A stretch of DNA of 64,000 nucleotides, from the NCBI GenBank assembly GCA_964106645.2, contig OZ067038.1; one strand, given 5' to 3'. Below the pieces are notes generated by a model, which searched no databases, was not told where the DNA came from, and worked only from the letters and a program-made list of their open reading frames with translations. Numbering within the stretch: the first letter of the stretch is position 1; every line of letters begins with the position of its first letter. The position numbers and the translations under genes were made by a program. This document shows, one piece after another, positions 1 to 12,100 of the stretch. The stretch comes from Podarcis pityusensis. Taxonomy: Eukaryota.

Positions 1-313
1 CCATCCCAGTGGTTGCTCGTCTCATGATCCCACAAGCCAGAAGAGCAGAGGGAAGAATGTCTGAAAGCCCAGAGAAAGACATGGGCCTATGCTTGTTTCT
101 GTGTGGGATACATAGAACTACTGCATTATTCTGGGGCAAGATTGCCATAGGGTAGGTCTCTGCTTTCCAGTGGTTCCTTTTGGCTTCCACACCGCCTTCT
201 TTCTGTTGCAGCTCATGTTTCGGGAAGCAAAGCTTTATGTTCTTGATGTGTGCAGACCACATCTCCTTTCTTAGTACATCTTTTTGTTCTGAATCCTCTG
301 GTTTCTTGCGCAG

Positions 314-415
314 GGCCCTACAATAAAAGTGAACAGCAACCAGCGCTATGCCTCTACTGCTGTCACCGAGGCCCTGATCCGAGAAATTGCCAGCCGTGTG
401 GACGTCCCCCTGCAA
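314..415 (+). CDS. DNPEP: Aspartyl aminopeptidase, third-last coding exon (gene begins left of window)
   Basis: cag|GGC...CAA|gtaag; encodes [34 protein letters not shown], matching the recalled human [24 protein letters not shown] region. Confidence 0.93.
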
Positions 416-988
416 GTAAGCATTGTTCCTTTCTACCTCAAGAGCTATTCCCAAGCTTTCCCCTTGCACTTAATGACTGCGGCCACTAGAGGGTGAGTTT
501 GAATCGGCCAGTGTAGGGAAATACATAAGTGCTATGTCCCTGTACTGTAGATTCTGCAGCCAGGGACCAATGGGGCAAGATGCCCCATCTGCCGTTGGGG
601 GACGGGAGATGGGACCAGAAATGGTGGGCCTTCAGGATTAAATGCAATGGAGAAGGCCTTACTCCTTATCTGAAGATGGGTTTTTTCCGCTTCCTTCTCT
701 CTCCAACCCCTGGCTGTTCCTTCTTGGGTTTTAAGGTCTGTGAGTGTTGACAGCATTTCCACCCCATGGCTGCCTCTTGATGCTGGGGTTGTGCACATAG
801 GTGCCCAGAGCCTTCTCCTCAAAGACCTCCTCCACTCCCATCATCAACGCTCAGTAGATCCATATCTGGCCGCCCTTCCTAATGGCCTGGTCCAAGAGCT
901 AAAGGGAGTCCCCAACCCCTGGACAGTATCAAGGCCAAATCAGCTGCTCAAGAGCCTTAAAAGAAAACAATTCATTTGCCTATTGCAG

Positions 989-1156
989 GAATTCATGGTT
1001 CGGAATGACTCTCCCTGCGGCAGTACCATTGGGCCCATCTTGGCCTCCCGCCTTGGCTTGCGCGTCCTGGACATGGGCTCCCCACAGCTGGCCATGCACT
1101 CCATCCGCGAGATGTGCTGCACCTCCAGCGTCCTGCAGTCCATCACTCTCTTCAAG
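989..1156 (+). CDS. DNPEP: Aspartyl aminopeptidase, penultimate coding exon
   Basis: [56 protein letters not shown], with the M18 peptidase MHSIRE motif; AG/GT boundaries, phase 0/0. Confidence 0.96.
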
Positions 1157-1610
1157 GTGGGTGGCAGCTCAGGTGGGGCAGAGGGAAAGTAATTGCCTTG
1201 AGCGGAGCTGTTTTCTGCTGCCTCCAAGGGTGTGGGTGTGTGCCCAGGTCCCCCACCCACCCCTTTCCCAGGTTGTCCTCACAACAACCCTGTGAGTTAG
1301 GCTAGACTGAGGAAGCCTGAGTGGTGTGAGAGAGGAGTATCCCCTTCGCAAAGAAACACTCTTGTCACGGGCCTTGGCTGTACGGTTGGGAGCAGGCCAG
1401 GAAAGAGGGAAGGGCAATGTAAACAGAGAGCTTTCCCTCTGGCCCTATGTATTGTTTGGGGAGGAGGGGGGGCACAAAATGTGAAAAGAGCTTGGCAGAC
1501 AGGAACAAGGTTTCCATACATATCGAGGTCACCATCCTCCCCGCCCCGGGTTGCAGGTTGAGCCCTGCTGCCGCCCACTCCCTATCTCTTCCTTGTAATC
1601 TTGTCTGTAT

Positions 1611-1698
1611 GTTACCATGGCAACGATGGTGCCCTCCAGGCGGTGATCGGTTTCTGTGGCAACATGGTGCCTCACGATTCTCCTGCTGCCATGGTGAC
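1611..1698. promoter_or_regulatory. Cluster of three RFX X-box-like motifs in the last DNPEP intron
   Basis: GTTACCATGGCAAC (1611-1624), GTTTCTGTGGCAAC (1650-1663), GCTGCCATGGTGAC (1685-1698) versus consensus GTTNCCATGGNAAC. Confidence 0.55.
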
Positions 1699-1825
1699 GC
1701 CATCATATGTGTGTGTTTGACAGCTGCCCCGTTCCCCCCCCCCCGAGGGTTATTCTTCCCCCACCAAACCTGACTCTTCCTCCTCTTTCTCTCCTTCCTT
1801 TCTTCCTTCCTTCCTTCTTTCCCAG

Positions 1826-1876
1826 GCCTTCTTTGAGCTGTTCCCAGTGCTGGATCAGGGACTGCTGAGCAACTGA
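1826..1876 (+). CDS. DNPEP: Aspartyl aminopeptidase, last coding exon
   Basis: Long pyrimidine tract + cccag, then AFFELFPVLDQGLLSN*; human C-terminus recalled as GFFELFPSL... Confidence 0.9.
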   Translation, partial: AFFELFPVLDQGLLSN

Positions 1877-2214
1877 AGAGCATCTCAAGCACAGGAAGCG
1901 GCTAACGCCCCCTCTCCCTGGCCAGATAGCAATTAAGGCACATGTTGTACAGCGGCTCATGGAACGACTGCTTCTGGAGAGTTGCATCTTTTTTCCCCTT
2001 TCTACAGTCATTTTCCAAAAGAGGCTGGACATTTGAGGCTTACGTACAGCCAGGAGGGCCTGATCCAGAGAGCCAGTGCCATAGAACAGCTCATCCTCGC
2101 TCCTTCATAGCTGATAGAAAACTTTATTCAAGATAATGACATGTTAAAGGGCTATCTACAGTCATCTTGGTGCTTTAAGTGGGCGCTGAAATTATGGGTG
2201 AAATTCCAGCATTG

Positions 2215-2220
2215 AATAAA
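2215..2220 (+). terminator. Probable DNPEP poly(A) signal
   Basis: AATAAA about 340 nt after the stop codon. Confidence 0.55.
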
Positions 2221-4475
2221 TGCCAAGTGATGCATACTTTTAATTGGATCATCCCACTCCCACATCCTTTGCTCATTCACTTGGTTGGGTTCTAAATTAG
2301 CTACCGCCCTGTGTGAAGTGCCTCTCTCAAAATGCCAATGAGAGATACTGGGTGCCAAGCAAGCAATGTCTGAGAGGCATTATATACACAGGCAAGTACA
2401 CAAGATCACACCAGGTAGATTACGTTTGTGAGAATGCACTGTTCAGCACCATTTTCTATCCATAATTCTAGTAGCTGGGGGGGGGGGGAATTATTTTATC
2501 TTGCCATGGATGAGGGAATCCCCAGAAACTTGGCTGCCTAGATACCATAGAGCAGCCATATTTCAAAAGTGAAAATCCGGACACAAAAATTGGGTTGACG
2601 TACGTTCTGATTTTCCCAGATAATTCCACTTGGACACTGTTTTTGACAGCCAAGTCCCAGCAATTTCCAGGAAATTCTGGATGTATGGCAGCTCTAAGAT
2701 ACCAATGAATGGAATCTCCTTACTCAGGGAGCTCCAGAAGACTTGTTCACTGAGCATTCCTCCTGAATTGTTTGCAAGGAGTTTAGATGACATTGCATCA
2801 ATTCAAGTGTTATCCCACACTTTCCTGTGCATTTTCCCATCACTTTCCTTATTGCAAAGAGCATAGCCTTTAGGAGAAGGAGGTTTGTGACGCAGGATGT
2901 CCTGGTCCACTGTAATTGTGCAGCCAGAGTTTGCCACTATGTGGTTGAATCCAATCTGAAAATACTGATAGTCTGAAAGTGCCCTCAGCCCCTATGCAGG
3001 CCTGGTCCTGGGAAGTAGGAATATGGGTTTCCCAGCTCTCCGTATCAGGGCGGAGGATTGACCGTTCTAATCTAAAATAGTGACTGGAGGTTCAAAGCAT
3101 CATCAGACAATACATGCCTATCTTTAGCAGAGCCTCTGGTTTTAGCTCTAATCTGGGCAAGTGGTGTTAATGAAAAGTGGACAGAAAAGACACAGACAAC
3201 CTTGTCAACGTGGTCACCTTCCTCCAGTCTTATACCATTTGCTTAATACCCCCATAGTTTCTCCTTCAGATATTCTGTTGGAAGGGAATAACACAAGAAG
3301 CTGACTGCAATGTCACCATGCATGGTGTAGTGAGGAACCTTTTCAGCTGGAGGCCTCTGTTTGCTCAATGGCAGCCACCTGTGGATGCTGCGTGTCAGTG
3401 AGGGGTGGCGTCAGAGGCAAAAGTGTGGATAGCAACAGGTGTGATTTTTAACCTTTGTACAGTGAAATCGGAAGTGTTTACATACACCTTCCACCCATCC
3501 CGCATCTGTATCCTTCATCCAGACAAGCCAGGGGCATGGTCACAGGTCAGGGACACATTGCTGCCAGGAAAGAGCAGAGCCATTGAGCGATGCAGCATGA
3601 GAATAATCAGGAGGGCCCGATAAAGAGGCTTGGAGGACTGCATTCAGCCCCCAAATCTGAGGTTCCTACCTGTCACTGCTCTATGTGGAAGGCATCTTTT
3701 TCCAGTGGCAAAAGCCAGCAATGGGAACCCCTGGGCAAGAATTGGGTCTCTTGTCTGATCCTTTGACCCAAACAGTCGACATGCTGTCTTCCAAGGCAAA
3801 ATCAAACATTTCCATTTGCAAAAACTTCATGCTTTTTAGTTGTGCCCCCAACTTCTGTTTCCATATCCCTGTTTCCTAGATGGCACACAAGCAATCTCTT
3901 GCCTGCTATATAGTCCTCCAGTTGATGGTGAAACATGTTCTTCCAACTATAACAAAATTGTAGGGAAACAAAAAAGAGAGGCAGCCTTGTTGTATGCTGC
4001 CCTGACCCCCTAGCAAGTTAGATAAGTTTCTAGTTCTATAGAAAACACAGGGAGTTTGAAAAAGTAAACAGATTTAGTCCTACAGCATGTGAGGAGGTAC
4101 CAGCTGAAATGAGCAAATAGCATTTCCCTCTTCCTGCTGCCCCTTAACCACTAAATTAACCTATGAAAGTTGCTGTTGTGGAATGCTGAAAAAATATGGC
4201 AGAACCGTGGCAATTTGCTTAGGGTTTTTTTGTCACAAGAGCCTAAACTTGCATCTTTTGGGTTGAAGCTGTTCTGCATTGAAAGCTGGCAGGAGCACTT
4301 AACACTGGCTCTTCAATACAATGGCTGTTGTTCTGGCATAGCCCCTCTAGTGAGTGCATTGGGCCTTTCCTGTTTTATTGGAACTGTGGCAGGGAGAGCA
4401 GTGTGTGATGACTGGCCTTGAATCAAGTGCACATGCTCTGTTTTTGAGAAGTGCTCTTGTTTCTGGTGCAGTCTT

Positions 4476-4533
4476 TTATTTGCAAAATGAATCCATAGGT
4501 CACTTTTTCTTTTTAATGAGATTGCATCAGGAA
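4476..4533 (+). repeat. 58-bp direct duplication, copy 1
   Basis: 57/58 identical to 7023-7080. Confidence 0.9.
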
Positions 4534-5149
4534 GGCAAGGGGGCCACTCACTTTTGTTGGTGGCATTCCGTCTGAAAGCGGCAAATAGGTCTATTAAGTC
4601 ATTTTACTACTGGCCATTTTTAGGGGAAATGTGATTACTATGATTGTGCAGGCCTCTAGAAGCCAGAGAGCATATTAAAGAATCTGGCTGGAAGAGCGTG
4701 AATGCACCTGTGCCCACACAGACTCACACTCTCATTGCCCTGAGCTGCTATTAAGTAGTTGGAAGCCAGACCTCCTTGCTGGCTTGCAAATCATCTACAG
4801 ATCTGCTTTACCCTACCAACGGAGAGAGGGTCGATTCTGCACAATCCATCTGGCAGGAATCCTCAAGGATATATGCAGAAGTCTGTGGATCACGTGAGAG
4901 TGGAATGACATAATGCTGCCTTGCGGAGTCCCCTGTATCATTCCTTTTGAGCGAAGAGCGGGAGCTTTGGACCTATAGGAAATATAGGAAACCCCCCATG
5001 GATTCAGTTTTCTTAGCCTCCCTTCCCCAATCAGGTAGAAAAAGAGGCACTGCCGATTTATAACCGAGCGTGTCACACACAGCTATTTTTGGTTGCTGCG
5101 CTCTTTGGGGGGATCGTGGTGGAGATTTCAGTGGAATGTGGCCAAACCC

Positions 5150-6100
5150 CAGACTGTGGCTGCGCCTGCCTGCAGGAGGTGTAATTCAACAGCCTCCGCT
5201 AACGGAGCGATTGGTGTAACTTAATGCATCAGCAGCGAGGGGTGTGTGCCAGCCTCGCCTGGCGAAGTCGGTGCGATTGGTCGGAGGCGGAACATGGACT
5301 GGAGAATGCGGCGAGTGTAATACGAGGCGAGAGGGGCGTGGCCTCTCGTGTAATAGGGAGGCGTAACTTTTTTTTTCCAAGCAGGGTGTGGCCGTGGCTT
5401 TTTTATTATTGGCTTTCCCTATGGAGGCGTGTCCTTTCCCTGCGTTGCGATAGGTCACTGGGGCCCCAGAGCGTGCTTTGCATGCTCATTGAGATTGGCT
5501 GGTTGGAGGTGCGCGTCCTTGTCTCGGCCTGGAGGGGGCGCTGATTGCCGGGTTAAGGATGGTGCAGCGGCCGTGGAGGCGGCGGCTGCCTGGGCTGTGA
5601 GCGCGGGGGCACCGGCCGGCATGGGGCGGTGGCGGAGCCTGCTCCGGGCGCTCGGCTGCTTCCTCCTCTCGCTGCTGCCGCTCCTCGGGGCCGGCGCTGC
5701 CGCGGATCGCCCGCTGCAAGTGCTGCACGGTGAGATGGATCACCTGGGGGTGGCGAGGAGGAGGCGGAGGAGGATGCAAGCGGGCGGGAATGAGGGAGGG
5801 TGGCCAGAAGGGTAGGACTCTGGACGCCGGAGAGGGAAGGGGAAGGCTTCTTCGCTTGGGATGCTCGGAACTGGAGTGGGCGGGGTGAGCGGAGGGGGGT
5901 CTTGGAGGAGCCAAGGAGCTCCTTCCTTCCCGGCTGGCAGAGATTAGGGGCAGCCCCTTCGCTTCCATATGGCAGCCTGGAGCTCCGCTTCCTATTTTTC
6001 GTGCACGCTGGAGCTCCCTAGTCCTGGTCTTCCCCCCTCCCCACCGAATAAATCCGTATTTCTTTCCGCCCTGAGGATTGGAAAAGTATCCTTGGAGGAG
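5150..6100 (+). promoter_or_regulatory. CpG island / PTPRN promoter with four inverted CCAAT boxes
   Basis: High CpG density over exon 1; ATTGG at 5210, 5276, 5408 and 5494; boundaries approximate. Confidence 0.8.
5621..5729 (+). CDS. PTPRN: PTPRN exon 1 (signal peptide)
   Basis: ggcATGg; [37 protein letters not shown]; donor G|gtgag, phase 1. Confidence 0.88.
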
Positions 6101-9100
6101 GGTTGGGTTTCGACTATTAAATATGGTGGGGGTTTGGGGAGGGGGAGGTCGCTCTTAGAAACGGAAAGGTGGTGGAAACGAAGGGAGATGCCGGCCCCTT
6201 CGCTCTTACCCTTCCCGCAGGTTGCTCTTTCCCAGTGGGAGGCGGTGAGAAGTGGGGATCCCTTGGTTGTTGTTGTTTTCTTTAAACAGCCCATGTAACA
6301 CGTCTGCATCAGTTCCGCTGGAAACATGGAGTGGAGCATCTCTCTCCCCCCCCCCATGCTGTCTCCCCACCCCCTTTCCCTATTTTGCTTCGCCTCTGAA
6401 TCCTCCAGAATTTTCCCTCGGGCTTTAGGGTCCTGGCTGGGTGTTGGTGCTGGTTCCCTCGCCCCCCGTTGCCCCCTTTTCCTTGCACAGCTCTCGATGT
6501 CTTTCTCTACCCACACGCACCCCACTCTCCCATGGGATGTTTTCCTCCTTTTCCCTGGTGCGGCTTCAGCCCCCGCCAAAGGGAGATTGTCACCATTTTG
6601 CGTGGCAGCCTGTCATGTGCACGTCACAGCGTTGTTAGCCTTGGCTGGCTTTGCCTCCCCTTTCTCTGTTCAGCTCCAGAGTAGACCTCTTCTCCCCCCC
6701 CCCCCCCGCCGTGTTTTCCTCCTCAATTCAGTCACTGACGTCATTCTCTCTCGCTGGGCCTTTCTCTTCACCCCCTCCCCTTTTCCAGCCTGACCCAGCT
6801 GCCTGTTGCAAACATCCACTGTGCCTCTTTAGAAACTGCCTTCCTTGCTTGCTTCCTTCCTTCCTCTCACTGGCTGAAGAAAGCTGGGATGCTGAGAGGG
6901 ATTCCTTCTAGGAAACAGCATAGCTCTCTCCATCAAGTGCTATAAAAGTGCAGAGGAATAAGCTTAGCTTGGTACCCTCTCTGGGCCTGGTTATTGATTT
7001 CGGCTTCCTTCTTGGCAGTTCCTTATTTGCAAAATGAATCCATAGGTCACTTTTTCTTTTTAATGAGGTTGCATCAGGAAATGGTGCAGGAAGGTCAATG
7101 TTCCTTTTTCCTTGCAGCTCTCAAACTTGGGCAAATCTTCATCTTGGTTCAGTGCTTCAGTAGCACTTGGCTGAATAGGTTGGATGTGCAGCAACCCCTT
7201 CCAGAACCACCACTCAGCCATGCACTGAACAAATGGGAAGGTTCATGAATCTTTTGGATGTTTGCTCTTGGACCACCCTCCTTTGCAGGCTGTCTTTTAT
7301 TAGATGCCTCTCTTGGGTGGTGGGCATTCAAGAGGGCAAGGTTGTTGCTTGTCAGTTTTGGGAGAAACTGTTAACGCAGGGAGCTGCAAACTCTTTATTC
7401 CATGTTCAAGGAGGGAAGTGAATGAATTGATCTGCCATGTTGATGAATTTTGACGTAGAATGATTACTGGAAGCTTTTCACCTAATGTAGGTTAGGTGCT
7501 GAGGATGGACTCCTTTGCTGATCAGTTTCCTGCCCTGCTTGGCAGTGAGGGTGCATTAGAGACTGTGCGGTGGGAGGTGGGAATGCTGGAATGGGGGGGG
7601 GGAGAAATCCCTCACACCGAACCCAGTGATGGCCATGGAATATGAGTGCATTGCTTGGGCCATGGGCCTTTAATTCACAGGAACCACGAAGGACACTTGT
7701 GGCGGCATGGAAGCTTGAGTTGTGGCCAGGTGGTATAAAATCAAAGGGCTGAACTGGCTCATTTAAGGGAAGGGTTGGATAGGTCTTATCACTAGCCCCA
7801 GGGCATGTTGGTAATCTGTGTGTGGATACTTTGCTGGCTTTTTGTATTTAAAACTTGACCTGTGCTTTCCCTTGACCTGTGGGGATGCTGGTAAAGCTGT
7901 CTGAGACTAGGCTGAACAGTAATGAGCATGGGTTAATATGGGGGTAAAATTAAGAGATTTCCACCACATTTAGAAAATTCTGCCTGGTGTGTTTATAGAC
8001 ATAGAAGGCTTGAAGGCAAAAATATTGAGCTTGATGTTTGTTGTTCAACCAAAGTCCCACTCCTTCTACCTCCTATGACATGTTAGAAGTCTAGATCAGT
8101 GTCAATGAATAGGATGCTTTTTGGCAACCTACAGTAATGTGTCAGAGTATGGTAGATCTGTACCTTTCTTTCCTGCCAAAAATCCACATGTCAGCATTCA
8201 TATTGCCGTAGATGAAGATGGCAGAAGCATTTCCTATTCTTCTGAACTTATTTGCACAACTCATATTGCAGGGGTAGCCCTTTGGATGCTGTTGGGCTAC
8301 AACTCCCATCACCCTTGACCATTGGCCATGCTAGCTGGGGCTAATGGGAGTTGGAGTCTAACAGCTGGAAGGCCACAGATTCTCCACTCCTGAAATAAAG
8401 AAAAAAGGGTGACTACTGATAACCAGTTACCCAGTGGTTAGCTACCATGATGTGCATGTAACCACATGGCAAGCTACCCACCTATATTGTTGTGCCAACT
8501 GTTGAGGAAAATCTTTCCACACTTCTGCACATCATCTGAAATCCAGGGAAGAGGAGGGGAAGTGGAAAGGTTCTTCTTGTCACATAACAGGTCAATAGAC
8601 AACCAGCTTGCTAAATATAGTGGCAAGTTGTTATTTGTAAACTTAGACAGCCTTGTTCATTCACTCAGAAAAACAATAGCACCTGATTTATGTAACACAG
8701 ACTCCATTCAGCACTGGCGTATATGGTAAAGAGTTTGAGGCAGTGCTTTCCAGGTTAGATTTGACATTCTGTCGCCCTACTTGCAAAATTGTGCAGTAAC
8801 TGAGGGGAAGAAAAGGACTGTAGAGGCACTGAGCTGTGGCTGCACAAGAGTGAGACCAAAATATGGAAAGGTAAAATTATTTGTTTGGTCACCAATTTGC
8901 AAGAACGTCTCTTTGATCCTTGCCAGCATACTCTCTACCAGACTCCATAGTTCTGATGGGGAGTTGGTTTTGAGTGCAAACATTGTGCTGAGAAGTAAAA
9001 GAAAGACCTGGCTATCTGTGGTAAAGGAAAACTTATGCAACATTACCTGCCTGAAAATGGATCTGAAGTACAAGAGGTTGTGACCAAAATGTGAAGGTAT

Positions 9101-12100
9101 TTTAATGAGGTTTGGACAGCTCAGAAATGGAAACTGAGCATATTCTGCCTGTATATTGTTTGTGTACATGCTGTCCCTGACATTGCCTGTTATTTAAGTG
9201 CTTGAATAACACAACACCTAGTGTGTCTATTTTCCCCCTTAGCTTTCCAGCTGCACATTTTGTGTCCATCTACACACTAAAGAAACCCTGCAGCAAACAA
9301 AGAACTCTTCCCTGGTCAAAAATCAAAATATTGCACATGAGCCTATTTCGCCCTCATTCACTTTCTAAAACCCATTTCTTGCCCTTTGAGAATCCTAATG
9401 TGGCAGAATTGTTTCCCTGTTCTTTATTAGCTGCTAGGAATTGAACACCAAGTACTGTTTACAGGGGGAAGGCAATTGCAGCTTCAGCAAGCATTTGTAA
9501 ACAGCAAGTTTCTCACGGCCTTCCACATTTTGACTAGAAGCCAAATCCTATTGCCAGTACAGCATCTGCAGTGATATTAATCTCTCTGTGTATGCATGTG
9601 TGTGTGTGTGTGTGTGTGTGTATGAGAAAGAGAGAATGTATTTTTAATGTAGCATTAAAAATATATCAAGGTTTAAGGAAACACATTTTAAAAATAACTC
9701 TGCATGTTGGGCATACATACTGGGTGTACACAATTTGTATATTGTGGCTTTGTTATAAACTTGTTTTTCAGTCAGGTTCTGGAGTGCCCTATCTCCCATC
9801 ATGTTGCTCTTTCACATCTATGTCTGTCAAGCGGAAAAGCTGGGCTTTAAAAATACTTCAAAGTCTTCTCAATCTGTTTGGAGTGTGTGGGGTTAGGTAA
9901 GAAATCTGGCTTTGTGATAGCAGGAGACCCACTGAAAGACTTCTGCAGGCCTTTTGCTATCCTGGCTTGCACGCATTCATAGGGAATACTCGGGCTACAG
10001 TGCAGGAATGAGGCAGCAGTTCATGGCTTGAGAACAGCCTTGCAATGTATAAATATTTTGGTCTGTGGCTTCCTGAAGGCTCCAAGCACTGAGGAAGGCC
10101 AGGGGCATTTTAAACAACAGTGCTTGCACCACACCAACTCTGGCTACAACACAGATGGAACTTCTTGTCTTCAACCATTTTGAGAGTTCTTCTCTATGTC
10201 TATGGATTTCAGAACTGGGGAAGAATGATCAAGCAGTCTGTCTTGGGATCTCAACGCAGATGGGGAAAGTTTTTGGCTCCCCTTCTTGATTCTTGGAAAT
10301 AATAATAATAATAATAATAATATTAATAATAATTTATTATTTATACCCCGCCCATCTGGCTGAGTTTCCCTAGCCACTCTGGGTGGCTCCCAGTCAAGTG
10401 TTAAAAACAATACAGCATTAAATATTAAAAACTTCCCTAAAACCAACACGACAAGTGACTATTTCCTAAAGCTATTAGCCCATTTCTTCCTTTCAAAAAT
10501 ATCAAGGATTATCAAATTAATCCAAGATGCCAATTGTTATGTTAACAAACAACCAAAAAATACTGGTATGATGGAAGAGCCACCAGCTGAAAACCTGCCC
10601 CACCCTGGCCCGGTTGTATTTGGGGTTTGCAATGCACAGCCCTCCTTGAATGAAGACCCGAACATGGCCCCATGCAGTCAGAGATACTCTCTGTGGACAT
10701 TTGGAGGTGCCAAGAAACATGCTGGTATTTCCCCTGGCATGTCATTTGTGTGTAGGATCTCGAGAGGAGGAAGAATGGGTTGCGCTGTAGCAGATGAAAA
10801 GGAAGTACCTTGGACCAAGGAGGGGTATTAAGGTGAAACCATGAAACTTGGAAATTGCTTCATTGTAGGGGCTTGGAAAACCTGTCATTGTCTTTTTGGA
10901 CTCCCCTGATCTTGAGCCCTGTTAGCTACGTAGTAGCAGCAGACTCCCTTGGTTAATATAAATAATGTTCTACTGGGATAAATAGGAAAGGATGTGCAGA
11001 GAGAGGATTGTAGAAGGGACTTCCTTTCCTAATTAGGAGCTCTGCCTCGTCCAAGAGTGTACTCCTTCTCCCCCTTGTGGGGAACAATGCTGCCTAGCAC
11101 CTTGGTGGTGGTGTAGACAGATTCTAAGGAGCTGCCACCTGCCGTCTGTAGTGATTGAGACCTATCCCCAACTAGCATCTTTTGACATTTTTCTTAAATC
11201 TCATTTTGAAGGGTCCATATTGGACTCTGCTGAACATGTAACTAGAATTTGCCTAGGACAGGTGTGCTGACAGAGCCAGAGCCATCCTTGCTGTGCTTGG
11301 CTGCAGAATCCCATTCCTCTGGAGGCCTCTGACTCACACCGAGAAAGACGTCAGTGGTAGTGCAACGCAAGTGTGTTGCCACGGCCTGCTCTGACTCACT
11401 GGCTGGGCAGCTGTGATATTTATTGTGGATGTGGCTGATGGGCAAAGAGACCTACTATTTTTGTGCTCTGGTGCTCTGCAGCCTATACTGCTTCTTCTAC
11501 ATTTCATGGCATTATAAATGAAGAAGAGAGAGAGACACACAAACTACGTATCTACTTTTGAGACCGTTTCTCCCTGTGGATGTGAAACCACCTTCTAGCA
11601 ACCTGCCTTCATGGGCTGTCCCTTGCACCCAGCATTTGCCAGAGCTGGGTATTGTATGCCCACATCCCACATCTGTGTAAATTATAATTACACGCTTTTG
11701 AATCAGATGACCCCATAGGTTTCTCTCCAGTCCTGATACCCGTAGCATTAATCTGTGTAGTTCTGATGCATTGGAACACCAGGAATGCCAAACGATCCGT
11801 CACAGTTCCAGAGACTTCTTTGTGTGATTCATAGCCTCTCTGATTATCTCCTGATAGAAGATCTCCGGGGGGGGGGGGGTTAGTGCCCCCCCACTGCTCG
11901 TCATTTTCCGAACCGCTCTGGGTAGCTTTTAGTAAGAATAGGACTAGGATAACCCCTGGGTTTTCCACTTGTGAGGTGGGCTCCTGGGACAATTGTTTTA
12001 TTGTTTTATTTTAGCTGTTTGTATCCCATTTTTAGGGCAAGCCCACACAAGGATGCTTACAATAAGAAATTATAAATTGGTGCACACAGTTCCAGGGAGG

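Noticed and set aside
2442-2460. RE1 site (TTCAGCACC) after DNPEP
   Set aside because: Left half only; no GGACAG-like right half
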